A stretch of 64,000 nt of DNA. It comes from Acidimicrobiia bacterium. Its GTDB lineage: Bacteria; Actinomycetota; Acidimicrobiia; Spongiisociales; JAOTWH01. The notes beneath the pieces are model-generated. The model was not told the DNA's origin. It did no database searches and saw nothing but the letters and a program-made list of their open reading frames with translations. Below are positions 50,921-60,608 of the stretch, in pieces (within the stretch, counting starts at the first letter, position 1; each line of letters starts with the position of its first letter). A program made the translations under genes and the position numbers. The stretch covers positions 7,307 through 71,306 of the forward strand of contig JBFKDA010000001.1 in assembly GCA_041619955.1 (NCBI GenBank), given 5' to 3'.

Positions 50921-51561
50921 CCGCGGCGCTGGGCTGCGGCGAGCAGCCCGCGCACCTCGTCGTCGCCGACCTGGTGGAAGTCGCGGTACCACTCCCCCAC
51001 CGCCATGAAGAAGGCCGGCCGCAGCGGGCAGACCACCTCGTCCGCGTCCTCGGCGAGCCGCGCCAGGGTGTCGGCCGGCCCCACGGGAATCGCACACACC
51101 AGCCGGGCCGGGCCGCGGCGCCGCACGGCGGCCAGCGCCACCCGCAGCGTGGCGCCGGTCGCCACGCCGTCGTCGACGACGATGCACGTCCGGCCGGCCA
51201 CCTCCGGCAGCGGCCGGTCGGCGCGATAGGCGGCCTCCCGCCGCCGCACCTCGTCGGCCTGCCGCGCCGCCTCGGCGGCGATCGCGTCGTCCCCGATGCC
51301 GAGGCGGCCGGCGAGTTGGCGGTCGACGTACGGAACGCCGTCGCCCGCCACCGCCCCCATGGCGAGCTCGGGGTTGGACGGGGTGCCGATCTTGCGAGCT
51401 ACGACGACGTCGAGGTCGGCGTCGAGGGCCTCGGCGATGGCCGCACCCACCGGCACGCCGCCGCGCGGTATCGCGAGCACGAGCGGCCGGCCGTCCCGCA
51501 GGTGCTCCAGCTCGGCCGCCAGCGCCTGTCCGGCGTCCCGCCGATCGGCATAGCCCCGCAT
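50917..51561 (-). CDS. Phosphoribosyltransferase-domain protein (COG1926-type predicted PRTase)
   Basis: PRPP-binding motif CIVVDDGVATGAT. 214 aa. Confidence 0.8.
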   Translation of the reverse strand: MRGYADRRDAGQALAAELEHLRDGRPLVLAIPRGGVPVGAAIAEALDADLDVVVARKIGTPSNPELAMGAVAGDGVPYVDRQLAGRLGIGDDAIAAEAARQADEVRRREAAYRADRPLPEVAGRTCIVVDDGVATGATLRVALAAVRRRGPARLVCAIPVGPADTLARLAEDADEVVCPLRPAFFMAVGEWYRDFHQVGDDEVRGLLAAAQRRG

Positions 51562-51603
51562 CCAGCCAGGGTACCGGGACGCCGCCGCGGCTACCCTGGC
51601 AGG

Positions 51604-52530
51604 GTGGCACGGCTCCTCCTCGTCGCCAACCCCGCTGCGTCCGGCTTCACCGGTGCACTACACCGCGAGGTCGTCGCCGCGCTGACGCCTGCGTTCGACG
51701 TGGCGCCCGTGTGGCCCGACTCGGCCGACCAGGCCCGCCAGGCGGCGGCCCACGCCGTCGACGGGGGATTCGACGTCGTCGCCGCGATGGGCGGCGACGG
51801 GGTGCTCCACCACGTCGCCAACGGCCTCGCCGGCACCGGCATCCCTCTCGGCATCATCCCCACCGGCACCACCAACGTGCTGGCCCGCATCCTCGGCATC
51901 CCCGGCAAGCCCCGGCCCGCCGCCAAGCGGCTGGCTGCGGCGACCACGGCGCACCCCGTCGACCTCGCCCACGTCGTCGTCGAGGGCCTCGACGGTGTCG
52001 AGCGCAGCTTCTACGGCCTGTTCGCCGTGGGGTTCGGCTTCGACGCCGCCGTCGTGGACGCCGCCGAGCGCTTCCCGCACCGCAAGCTCCATTTCGGGGG
52101 CCTGCACTACGCCCGCAGCGCGGTGGGGACCGCCGCCCGCTTCCGCAACCTGCCGCCGAACCTCCACGTCGAGGCGGAGGGGCAACGCGCCGCCGGCGTG
52201 GCGGCGATGGTGCAGGTCCACGACACCTACACCTACCTCGGCGTGCGGCGCATCGGGCTGGCGCGCGGCCCCAGCGAAGGGCTCACCGCGCTGGTCCTGC
52301 CGAGGCTGTCGCTGGGTGCGGCGGCGGCGCTGGCCCCCCGGCTGCTCGGCGGGCGAGACCTGACCGGCGTCGCCGGCGCCGAGGTGTGGCCGCGCCTGGC
52401 CAAGCTGGTGGTCGACGCAGACCCGCCGGCGCCGGTGCAGGCCGACGGCGAGCTGCTGGGCTTCGCCGCCGGCGCCGAGATCTCCACCGCCCGCGGTGAG
52501 CTGTTCGTCGCCGGGGTGCGCGATCTCTGA
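51604..52530 (+). CDS. Diacylglycerol-kinase catalytic-domain lipid kinase (YegS/DgkA-like)
   Basis: LLVANPAASG, GGDGVLHHVANGL, GIIPTGTTN motifs. Confidence 0.8.
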   Translation: MARLLLVANPAASGFTGALHREVVAALTPAFDVAPVWPDSADQARQAAAHAVDGGFDVVAAMGGDGVLHHVANGLAGTGIPLGIIPTGTTNVLARILGIPGKPRPAAKRLAAATTAHPVDLAHVVVEGLDGVERSFYGLFAVGFGFDAAVVDAAERFPHRKLHFGGLHYARSAVGTAARFRNLPPNLHVEAEGQRAAGVAAMVQVHDTYTYLGVRRIGLARGPSEGLTALVLPRLSLGAAAALAPRLLGGRDLTGVAGAEVWPRLAKLVVDADPPAPVQADGELLGFAAGAEISTARGELFVAGVRDL

Positions 52531-52541
52531 CCCCCCGGCGG

Positions 52542-53471
52542 TCAGGCCTGCGGGCCTGCCAGCAGCTCCTGCCAGCCCGGACCGGGGACGAGCGTCCGCT
52601 GCGGGAACGGGATCTCGATGCCCTCCGCGTCGAAGCGGTTCTTCATCCGGCGGAGGAACTCCCGCCGCACTCGCCACCTGGCGTCCGGGAAGACCCTGAA
52701 CGTCGCCCGCAGCACCACCGCGGAGTCCGCGAGCGCCTCGACCCCGAGCAGCTCCGGCTCGCCGAGGAAAAGCTCGGCCCAGTCCTCGGCCGCCATGAAG
52801 TCGGCCATCTCGGATCGCACGACCTCCAGCGCGCGGTCGAGGTCCTCGCCGTAGGAAACGCCGACGTCGGCCACCACCGTGGCGAACTGCTGGGTGAGGT
52901 TCGATGCAACCGTGATCGACCCGTTCGGCACGTAGTGGACGTGGCCCTCGAGGTCCCGCAGCACCGTCACCCGCAACCGGATGTCCTCCACCTTGCCCGC
53001 GACCTCACCGAGGCGCACCACGTCGCCGATCGAGAACTGGTTCTCGCTGAGGATGAAGAAGCCGCTGATCACGTCCTTCACCAGCGATTGCGCGCCGAAG
53101 CCGAGCGCCACGCCGACCACGGTCCCGACGGCCAGGAAGGAGGCGATCGGCACCCGCCACCAGGCGAGCAGCGTCAGGCCGGTGAGCACGACGAGCGTGA
53201 TGACGAGCAACCGCCGCAGCGCCGCCCACAGCGTCTCCAGCCGCTGGCGGCGCTCGATGGCGCCTACCGCGTCGGCCTCGTCGACGGGCGCGGCCCGCCG
53301 CCCGACGCCGACGAACGCCCGCCGGCCGACCCGGTCGACGAGGAAGTAGACGGCGGCCGCGCCGAAGACGATCCCCACCGACACGAGGAACTTGTCGCCT
53401 CCGAGGAAGTCGGCGAGCCGGTCAGGCAGCGACTCTTCGGCCGCTTGGGCGAGCACGGGCAGGAGGTGCAT
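52542..53471 (-). CDS. Mechanosensitive ion channel, MscS family
   Basis: TM helices plus the MscS beta-domain signature FSIGDVVRLGEVAGKVEDIRLRVTVLRDLEGHVHYVPNGSI. Confidence 0.8.
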   Translation of the reverse strand: MHLLPVLAQAAEESLPDRLADFLGGDKFLVSVGIVFGAAAVYFLVDRVGRRAFVGVGRRAAPVDEADAVGAIERRQRLETLWAALRRLLVITLVVLTGLTLLAWWRVPIASFLAVGTVVGVALGFGAQSLVKDVISGFFILSENQFSIGDVVRLGEVAGKVEDIRLRVTVLRDLEGHVHYVPNGSITVASNLTQQFATVVADVGVSYGEDLDRALEVVRSEMADFMAAEDWAELFLGEPELLGVEALADSAVVLRATFRVFPDARWRVRREFLRRMKNRFDAEGIEIPFPQRTLVPGPGWQELLAGPQA

Positions 53472-53524
53472 CGTCGGCGGAGAGTAGGTCGGGCGTCTGC
53501 TCCAGCCCGGCTTTTCGGGCTCGC

Positions 53525-54784
53525 TCAGCGGGCGGGCGGCGGGGTCCCTCGGTCGGGCAGGAGGCGGGCTTCGGCGGTGGTCAGCTCGACGCCGAACGAC
53601 GCCAGGCTGGCACCGAGGAGCGCCCGCGGGAAGAGCTCGGCCGACAGCAGCGGCCGCAGCCGAGCGTCGATCTCGAAGGCGACGGCTTCCGGGGCCGGCG
53701 TCCCGCCCGCCTCGGGCGCGCGCCGGCGCCACCTCCGGCGCGGCGGCGCCGGGACCGGGACCGCGGCGACGGCGGCGCCCACCGCCTCCTCGATCCGCTG
53801 CTGCGGGACGGCGGCACGTAGCTGGCGGCCGACGTCGCCCCCGGCCTCGACGGACAGGGTGGCGACGAAATCGGCGATGCGGCAGACCGCGTCGGGTTGC
53901 GCCGCGACGCCACCGGCGACCAGCCCGGCCGCAGCGTCGTGGAGAACTGCCGCCCAGCGCCGGTCGAAATCGACGGACCCGCCCCCGGTCACCGCCGCGC
54001 CCGCCGCCACGGAGTCCGCGGTCCGCCGGACGTCGGCGAGCAGCTTGCCCAAGGCCACCCGTTTGGCGTCGAGCCGCTCCCGGAGGAAGCCGGCCAGCTC
54101 GTCGACCCCGAGGGGCGGCCCGGTGGTCGGGTCGGCGGCGATGGTGAAGATGCCCGGAGTGCCCATGCCGGACGCGGCGAGGGCCGCAGCCGCGTCGGCG
54201 GCGACCTCGCCGACCTCGCCGGTCACCCGGTCGATCTGGTTGAGCACGAACACGAACTGGTCGGCGTAGTCGGCGAGGGGGGCGAGCCGCTCGCGATGCA
54301 GCGCCCGGTCCCGGTACTTCTGGGGATCGAGTACCCACAGCACCCCGTCGACGTCCGGCAGCACCGCGTCCACCGTGGCGCGGTGGGCCGAGACGATGCT
54401 GTCGTGATCGGGGAGGTCGATCAGGGCGAGCCCGGGGAACCGGTCGTGGCCGACCCGTTGGTCGATGCCGTGGCGGTCGAACAGGCGGGCAAGACCGGGC
54501 TCGGCGTCGTGCGGATACCAGGCCAGCGGCCGGTCGGTGTGCGGCCGGATTCGGCTGACCTCGGCGACCTGCTCGCCGGCGAGCGCGTTGAGCAGGCTCG
54601 ACTTGCCCGATCCGGTGCCGCCGGCGATCGCCAGCACCAGCGTGCCACCGAGGAAGCCGCGGCGCGCCCGCGCCGCCTTCGCCGCCTGCGCGGCGGCGGC
54701 GAGCTGCTCGTCGTCGAGCACCCCCTCGGCCCGCCCGATGGCGAGGTCGAGGGCGTCGAGCACGGTTGCGAGGTCGGCGCTCAC
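53525..54784 (-). CDS. P-loop GTPase with helical extension (dynamin/IniC-like or MMR_HSR1-type), subunit B
   Basis: G1 GGTGSGKSSLLNAL, G3 DLPD, G4 NQID, followed by an Ala-rich helical region. GTGA overlap with the upstream GTPase. Confidence 0.65.
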   Translation of the reverse strand: MSADLATVLDALDLAIGRAEGVLDDEQLAAAAQAAKAARARRGFLGGTLVLAIAGGTGSGKSSLLNALAGEQVAEVSRIRPHTDRPLAWYPHDAEPGLARLFDRHGIDQRVGHDRFPGLALIDLPDHDSIVSAHRATVDAVLPDVDGVLWVLDPQKYRDRALHRERLAPLADYADQFVFVLNQIDRVTGEVGEVAADAAAALAASGMGTPGIFTIAADPTTGPPLGVDELAGFLRERLDAKRVALGKLLADVRRTADSVAAGAAVTGGGSVDFDRRWAAVLHDAAAGLVAGGVAAQPDAVCRIADFVATLSVEAGGDVGRQLRAAVPQQRIEEAVGAAVAAVPVPAPPRRRWRRRAPEAGGTPAPEAVAFEIDARLRPLLSAELFPRALLGASLASFGVELTTAEARLLPDRGTPPPAR

Positions 54785-56307
54785 TCGAGTGCCTTGGCCG
54801 CGGCGGCCACTCGCTCGGCGGCGGTCGTCAACGCACTGGCGGCCTCGGCGAGCCGCTCGGTGCCCCCGAGCGCGGCGAGGAACCGGCCGGCGTCGCGGCT
54901 CAGCACCGCCGCGAGCTCGCTAGCGAGCGCGTCCGTCGCCCAGGCGACGAGCTGGCGTCCGTCGGCACTGCCGAAGGCGCGTTCCACGGTCTCCGGCACG
55001 GGCGACGAGCCGCCGAGCGCGGCGGTGCTCACCGCCTGGGCGACCCGGCGCCGCCGCCGGGCCCGCATGCGCCGCGGTGCGCGCTCCCCGACGGCCTGCT
55101 CGACCGTCCCGGCCCACCTGGCCACGGCGGCCTCGGCGTCGTCGTGGGTGCCGGACCCGTGCCGCCACAGCGCGCCGCCGCTGCGTTCGAGCAGCGCGAC
55201 GCCGGCGTCGGACCGCTCCCACCCGGCTGCCGCTTCCTGTGCGGCGGTGCCGGCGAGGTTCGTGACGAGGTGGGCGAGCGTGGCACGGTCCGCCGGGAGG
55301 GGCCCCCGCTCCAGCCGCTCGAGGAGCGCCTCGCCGGCGCGCCGGTACGGGTCCTCGATCGCCGCGGCCAGCCCGCGGGCCCGGGCCTCGGCGGTGGCCA
55401 CGGCTCCCGCCAGCGGCCGGACCCGATCGGCGAGATCGACGACCGCGCCCTGGGTCGCCTGGCGGGCGAGCCGCCGGCGCAGCGTGAGGTCGGTCAGTTC
55501 CTCCAGCTCGCGGCGGAGCGGGGCCACCGCGGTGGCCGGCACGCCTCCGTGCTGAAGGTCGACCTGCTGCTCCCGGACCGCGAAGATCAGGGCAGGGTCG
55601 GCGTCGAGCAGCAGCCCGGCGGCTGCGAGCTTCGATGCGTAGTCCTCGACGAGCGCCTGCCTGTCCGGCGGGCTGGCAGGCAGCCGGTTGAGGACGAACA
55701 GCATCGGCACGCCGCGGCGCTGCACGAGGCGCATGAAGGTCCAGGCGTCGGCGTCGGCGTACCGCAGCGCCGACGATACGAACACGCACAGGTCGGTGAT
55801 GGCGAGCACGTCCCGTGCCACCACGCGGCCGTCGTCGGCGACGTGGTCGAACGGCGGCGTGTCGACCAACGTCAGCATCCGCGTGACCGGGTCGTCGCCG
55901 AGGATGGTCTCCACGGTCGATCCGGCCCGCTCCCGGACCTGCCGCATGAACTCGCGCCAGTAGCGGGCTCCGTGGTCCCGGTGGGCCCACACCACGGTCG
56001 TCGAAGTGCTGGGCCGGATCGCCCCGGGGGTGCCGACCTTGGCCTGCGCGAGGCTGTTGACGATCACCGACTTGCCGGTACCGGTGGCTCCGAAGCACGC
56101 GACGACCAGCGGGGCCTCCCGGTCGTGGAGGCGAGGCAGGAGGTGCTCGCGGATGTCGCGCACCGCCTCGGACCGGACCCGCTCGGCGCTGCCGAACCCG
56201 GGCAGGTCGAGCGAGAAGGCCTCGAGCACGTCGGCGAGCGACGCCAGGGCCGGGCCCAGGTCGCCGGTGCTCCCGCCGGCCTCGGCCGATGGCTGTGCCG
56301 CGATCAC
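54781..56307 (-). CDS. P-loop GTPase with helical extension (dynamin/IniA-like), subunit A
   Basis: G1 GATGTGKSVIVNSL, G3 DTPP. Long Ala-rich coiled-coil C-terminus. RBS GGGAGAA upstream of the GTG at 56307. The track ORF is over-extended at its N-terminus. Confidence 0.6.
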   Translation of the reverse strand: MIAAQPSAEAGGSTGDLGPALASLADVLEAFSLDLPGFGSAERVRSEAVRDIREHLLPRLHDREAPLVVACFGATGTGKSVIVNSLAQAKVGTPGAIRPSTSTTVVWAHRDHGARYWREFMRQVRERAGSTVETILGDDPVTRMLTLVDTPPFDHVADDGRVVARDVLAITDLCVFVSSALRYADADAWTFMRLVQRRGVPMLFVLNRLPASPPDRQALVEDYASKLAAAGLLLDADPALIFAVREQQVDLQHGGVPATAVAPLRRELEELTDLTLRRRLARQATQGAVVDLADRVRPLAGAVATAEARARGLAAAIEDPYRRAGEALLERLERGPLPADRATLAHLVTNLAGTAAQEAAAGWERSDAGVALLERSGGALWRHGSGTHDDAEAAVARWAGTVEQAVGERAPRRMRARRRRRVAQAVSTAALGGSSPVPETVERAFGSADGRQLVAWATDALASELAAVLSRDAGRFLAALGGTERLAEAASALTTAAERVAAAAKALE

Positions 56308-56443
56308 ACACCAATTCTCCCATACCGGCGGCGCGGGCCCGCGCACCGCCGGTCTCGCCCGACCCCCCTCGCGACGGTTCCCGGTCCGGTGCCTGCCTGC
56401 CCCCGCCGGAAAAATGTCGCACCCCCCGCTTACGGTGGCCGGC

Positions 56444-57742
56444 ATGACCACACCAGAGTTCTCAGATCCCGCCCCCGCCGCCGGCGCGTGCCTGCCACCG
56501 TGCGGCGTGGCACGCGGCAGTGGCCACCAGGTCCGCATCGCCGACCTGTCCGTCGACGACCAGGTGCTGGCCGAGCTGCTCGACGCCCAGCCGGCCGAGG
56601 CCTGGCCTGGCCTGGTCCGCCGGGCGCTCACGGTGGGAGCGGCTGGCCTCGTCGACATGGGGGTCGGTGTCGGGCTGCGCGCGCTCGACGAGCGGGTGCG
56701 CGCCACCCTCGACGCGGTGGCCACCGAGGCGCACACGCGGGCGCGCGACACGCTCGACGAGGCCGGCCGGGCGCTCACGGCCCAGTTCGACCCCGAGATG
56801 CGCTCGTCGCTCGTCGCCAGGGCCATCGCCGAGTTCGGCGCCACCCACGACCGGCTGCTCGGGGAGCTCGACCCGTCGTTGTCCACCAGCCACACGGCAC
56901 GGTTCATCGCCGCGGTCACCGAGCTGCTCGGACCTGGCGGCCGGCTCGCCGAGACCCTCACGGCCGCGCTCGACCCCGACGCCGACGGCTCCGCGCTGGC
57001 CAGGTTGGGGGCTTCGGTCGACGCCCGCTTCCAGGAGCTGCGCGACCTGATCATGCACGAGAGCGGGCGGGCGGCCGAGGCGGAGCGCGGCACCGCGAAG
57101 GGCGGCGAGTTCGAGGAGACGGTCGAGCTGCGGCTGCGCGAGCTGGCGCGCGGGCTCGGCGCAGTGGTGGAGCGGGTGGGTCGCGAGCCGGGCGCGCTGG
57201 GTGCCGACTCGGTGGTCGGCGACTTCGTCGTCACCTTCCAGGGCGGCGCCCGCCTGGTGGTCGAGGCCAAGAACGTCGCCAAGCTGAGCCTGGCCGGGCG
57301 CAACGGCATCCTCGGCGAGCTCGACCGGGCCGCCGCCAACCGTCAGGCGGACTTCGCCATCTGCGTGTCGGCGCAGGACGCCTACCCGGCGGAGGTCGGC
57401 CACTTCGGCGTGTACGGCAGCCGGGCGCTGGTCGTCGACGGCGGCGACGGCGTGCTGCTGGGCGTGGCGGTGCGGTGGGCCCGGGCAGTGCTCGCCGCGG
57501 CCCCGGCGAGCGCGGCCGAGCTCGACCCGGGCTTCATCCTCGAGCGGCTCGCCCGGCTCAAGAAGCTCGCCCAGCGCTTCGTCACCGGCCGGCGGACCCT
57601 GTCCGACGTCCGCAGCTCGGTCGAGCGGGTACGGGACGACCTCGACGCCATGCGGTGCGACCTGCTCGAGCTGGTCGACGACATCGGAAGGGAGGTGGCT
57701 CCGACCTCACAATCGAGCGACGCGGTGGCCCGCGTGGCGTGA
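56444..57742 (+). CDS. Coiled-coil protein with C-terminal PD-(D/E)XK nuclease-like domain (RmuC/DUF2130-like)
   Basis: N-terminal helical/coiled-coil half. C-terminal DFVVTFQGGARLVVEAKNV (D...EAK motif resembling RmuC ViDSK). Divergent from the GTPase pair. Confidence 0.55.
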   Translation: MTTPEFSDPAPAAGACLPPCGVARGSGHQVRIADLSVDDQVLAELLDAQPAEAWPGLVRRALTVGAAGLVDMGVGVGLRALDERVRATLDAVATEAHTRARDTLDEAGRALTAQFDPEMRSSLVARAIAEFGATHDRLLGELDPSLSTSHTARFIAAVTELLGPGGRLAETLTAALDPDADGSALARLGASVDARFQELRDLIMHESGRAAEAERGTAKGGEFEETVELRLRELARGLGAVVERVGREPGALGADSVVGDFVVTFQGGARLVVEAKNVAKLSLAGRNGILGELDRAAANRQADFAICVSAQDAYPAEVGHFGVYGSRALVVDGGDGVLLGVAVRWARAVLAAAPASAAELDPGFILERLARLKKLAQRFVTGRRTLSDVRSSVERVRDDLDAMRCDLLELVDDIGREVAPTSQSSDAVARVA

Positions 57743-57862
57743 CGTGTGGAGCGCGGCGGGACGAGGCGGCCAAATCACGCTGGCCGCGGCGACCGGGCCG
57801 TCCGGCCCGGACCAGCCCGGCTCAGCCCGGCCCCAGACGGATTGCGGCGACCAGAGCTGCGG

Positions 57863-58840
57863 TCAGCCGGCCGCGGCGAGGCGGCGGTGCTCGGCGGCGA
57901 GGCGCCGGCCGGGGAGGCCGTGCAGGAACCGCTCGGCGGCCTCCACCCCGCTGAGGAACAGGGCACGCGCGTCGGCGGCGGTGATGGCGAAGTCCAGCGG
58001 GTCGCGGTCGACGGGGATCTCCACGACGGCCGCTCGCTGCAGCAATGGGCTGTTGAGCGTGGCCTGCGCGCCGATCGCCGATGTGATCAGTGCCGTTGCC
58101 AGCGAGATAGGGCCGCGCACGTCCCGGTGGATGTGGTGCGATGACCCGGGCCCGATCCGGAACCCCACCACTGGCCGCTCGCCGCCCCAGTCGGCGAGGC
58201 GCAGCGGGAAGTTGGCGGCCACGGCGCCGTCCACGAACAGCGCGGCGTCCTGGCGGCGCAGGTGCTGGAGCGGCACCGGGCGGAAGAAGAACGGCGCGGC
58301 CGCCGACATGTGCACGGCCTTGGCGACCGGGAAGAGCCCGGGCCGGAACCCGTAGTCGGGGAGGTCGTCCGGCAGCACCACCCCGCGCTGGTGGGTGATG
58401 TCGGTGGTGACGACCCGCAGCGCGCCGTCGGGGAGGTCGCCGAAGTGGCGCACGCCCCTGGCGCGGAGCAGCGCCCGCCAGGTCCGCTCCAGGCGAACCC
58501 CGCGGTACATGGCCTGGCTGGTCACCATCGCGATGTGGCGGCCCAGCAGCGGGATGCGCGCCCCGGCGACGGGGTCGGCCAGCGACGGCCAGTCGATCTC
58601 GATGACCGCGTCCCGCAGGTCGTCCGGCCCGTAGCCGGCAGCCACCAATGCCCCGACGAGGGCGCCCGACGACGTGCCGACGACCTGGGTGAACCGGTAG
58701 CCGGCCTCCATCGCGGCCGCCGCGGCGCCGGCGAGCGCGATGCCCTTGACACCGCCGCCCGAGAAGACGCCGTCGATCGCCAGTCCCGGCGGCGGGGCGC
58801 CGGGCGGCGCGCTGGCGGATGGCAGGGAGCCGGATGTCAT
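57863..58840 (-). CDS. Patatin-like phospholipase
   Basis: Oxyanion GGGVKG, nucleophile GTSSG, catalytic DGA (FVDGAVAANFP). The start coordinate has a +/-1 nt indexing uncertainty. Confidence 0.8.
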   Translation of the reverse strand: MTSGSLPSASAPPGAPPPGLAIDGVFSGGGVKGIALAGAAAAAMEAGYRFTQVVGTSSGALVGALVAAGYGPDDLRDAVIEIDWPSLADPVAGARIPLLGRHIAMVTSQAMYRGVRLERTWRALLRARGVRHFGDLPDGALRVVTTDITHQRGVVLPDDLPDYGFRPGLFPVAKAVHMSAAAPFFFRPVPLQHLRRQDAALFVDGAVAANFPLRLADWGGERPVVGFRIGPGSSHHIHRDVRGPISLATALITSAIGAQATLNSPLLQRAAVVEIPVDRDPLDFAITAADARALFLSGVEAAERFLHGLPGRRLAAEHRRLAAAG

Positions 58841-58877
58841 GGCCTCGATTGGTGCATCGGCGCCGGCGGCGGCGCTC

Positions 58878-59729
58878 TTAAGCGGGCGGGATGCGGCTGA
58901 ACAGGTCACCCTCGCCGCGGTCGAGGCCGACCCGGCTGGCGAGCAGGACGAAGTCCTCGTACGGGTACACCTCGGCGACCAGCTCCTCCGGCACCTGGAA
59001 CCAGGGGCCGTCGGGGTCGATCTGGGTGCGGTGGGCCCGCAGCGCAGCGCGCGCCGTGGCCAGGTACCCGGTGACGTCGATCCTGGTGAGCTCGGCCGGG
59101 TCGGGCTCGTCGCCGCGCCGGGCCAGCCATTCCTCCAGCGGCGACGATCCCGTACGGGCGACCATGGCCCGGTGCAGCGCGTCGAGCCGCGCCCACGTGA
59201 AGGTGGGCGCATAGAGCTTGGCAACCTCCCAGGGCGGCCCGGCGCCCGGGAAGGCGGCCGGATCGGCCGCCGCCGCGAAGGCGTCGAGGCCGAGGCGGTG
59301 GACCAGCACATGGTCCGGGTGCGGGTAGCGGACGTGCTCGTCGTAGCCGAGCAGCACCTGCGGCTGCTCCTTGCGGACCAGCCGCACGACGGCTTCGAGC
59401 GCGCCGGCGTAGTCGGCGTTGGCGAACGCGTCGGGGTGGGCGTTGTGCGGCGAGTCGGGCATGCCCGAGTCGCGGTAGCCGAGCAGCTCGACCCGGTCGA
59501 ACCCGATGATCCGGACGGCCTCGCCGAGTTCGGCCCGCCGCAGCTCGGGCAGCCGGGCATGGACGTCGGGGGTGTCGAGCGCCGGGTTGAGCACGTCGCC
59601 GGCCTCGCCGCCGGTGGCGGTCACCAGGATGCATCGCACCCCGGCCGCCGCGTAGCGGGCGACGGTGCCCGCCCCCTTCGAGCTCTCGTCGTCGGGGTGG
59701 GCGTGCAGCGCCAGGAGGGTGCGGCTCAT
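58878..59729 (-). CDS. PIG-L/LmbE-family N-acetylglucosaminyl deacetylase (MshB/Mca-like)
   Basis: LALHAHPDDES zinc-binding motif. 283 aa from the internal ATG. The upstream 51 codons of the track ORF look non-coding. Confidence 0.8.
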   Translation of the reverse strand: MSRTLLALHAHPDDESSKGAGTVARYAAAGVRCILVTATGGEAGDVLNPALDTPDVHARLPELRRAELGEAVRIIGFDRVELLGYRDSGMPDSPHNAHPDAFANADYAGALEAVVRLVRKEQPQVLLGYDEHVRYPHPDHVLVHRLGLDAFAAAADPAAFPGAGPPWEVAKLYAPTFTWARLDALHRAMVARTGSSPLEEWLARRGDEPDPAELTRIDVTGYLATARAALRAHRTQIDPDGPWFQVPEELVAEVYPYEDFVLLASRVGLDRGEGDLFSRIPPA

Positions 59730-59845
59730 CGGCGAGCGAGCGTACCAGCGGGCCGCCGGCTGCAGGCCGCCCGGCTGGAACCGGCCGCCGGCCGGCGTCG
59801 TCCCATCGGTGACAGACTTGGACCACCAACCAGAAGGAGCATCGG

Positions 59846-60574
59846 ATGAAACGACTCGCCCTGTTTGCGGGCGCAATCGCATTGGTGGCGGCAGCGTGTG
59901 CCGACCCCGCCGACGTGGTCGTGCAGGCCGGGGCGGGGGACGGCGCCACCAGCGGCATCTCGGTGTCCGGCGAGGGCCGGGTCAGCGGGGTGCCGGACAC
60001 GATGTCGGTGAACGTCGGCGTCTCGGTGCTGCGGGATTCGGTCGACGCGGCGGTGCAGGACGCAGCGTCGCTGGCCGAGCAGCTCATCGCCGCCCTCCGG
60101 GCCGAGGGCGTGGCCGAGGAGGACGTCCGCACCATCGACTACTCGATCTTCCCCGAGTACGACTACTCCCGCGACACCCGTCGCCTCCAGGGCTACCGGG
60201 TGAGCAACCGGCTCGACGTCAAGATCCGCGACCTCGACCGGGCCGGGGCCATCCTCGACGCGGTCACCGGCTCGGTCGGCGACGAGGTCGAGGTGTCCGG
60301 GCTCAGCTTCAGCATCGAGGACAACGACGGCCTGGTGGCCGCTGCCCGCGCCGACGCTTGGGCGGACGCCGAGGCCAAGGCGCAACAGCTCGCCGGCCTG
60401 GCCGGCGTCGAGCTGGGCGCCCCGGTGGCGATCGTCGAAAGCGTCAACCCCTCGCCCCCGGTGGTGCCGTTCGCGGCCTTCGACGTGGCGCAGGAGGCGG
60501 CCGCCACACCCATCGAGAGCGGCCAGCTCGCGGTGACGGTCACGATCAACGTCCAGTACTCGATCGCAGGTTGA
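59846..60574 (+). CDS. SIMPL-domain (DUF541) lipoprotein
   Basis: RBS AAGGAG. Lipobox LVAAAC. SIMPL-like core. Confidence 0.85.
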   Translation: MKRLALFAGAIALVAAACADPADVVVQAGAGDGATSGISVSGEGRVSGVPDTMSVNVGVSVLRDSVDAAVQDAASLAEQLIAALRAEGVAEEDVRTIDYSIFPEYDYSRDTRRLQGYRVSNRLDVKIRDLDRAGAILDAVTGSVGDEVEVSGLSFSIEDNDGLVAAARADAWADAEAKAQQLAGLAGVELGAPVAIVESVNPSPPVVPFAAFDVAQEAAATPIESGQLAVTVTINVQYSIAG

Positions 60575-60608
60575 CGCACCCCACACCCAGGGGATCCGAG
60601 CGCGAAGG

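Noticed and set aside
59730-59882. Upstream 51 codons of the PIG-L deacetylase ORF (MRLRPQTGRVVSS...)
   Set aside because: Low-complexity, Arg/Gly-rich, and overlapping the divergent SIMPL gene's RBS region. The conserved LmbE N-terminus begins at the internal ATG (59729).
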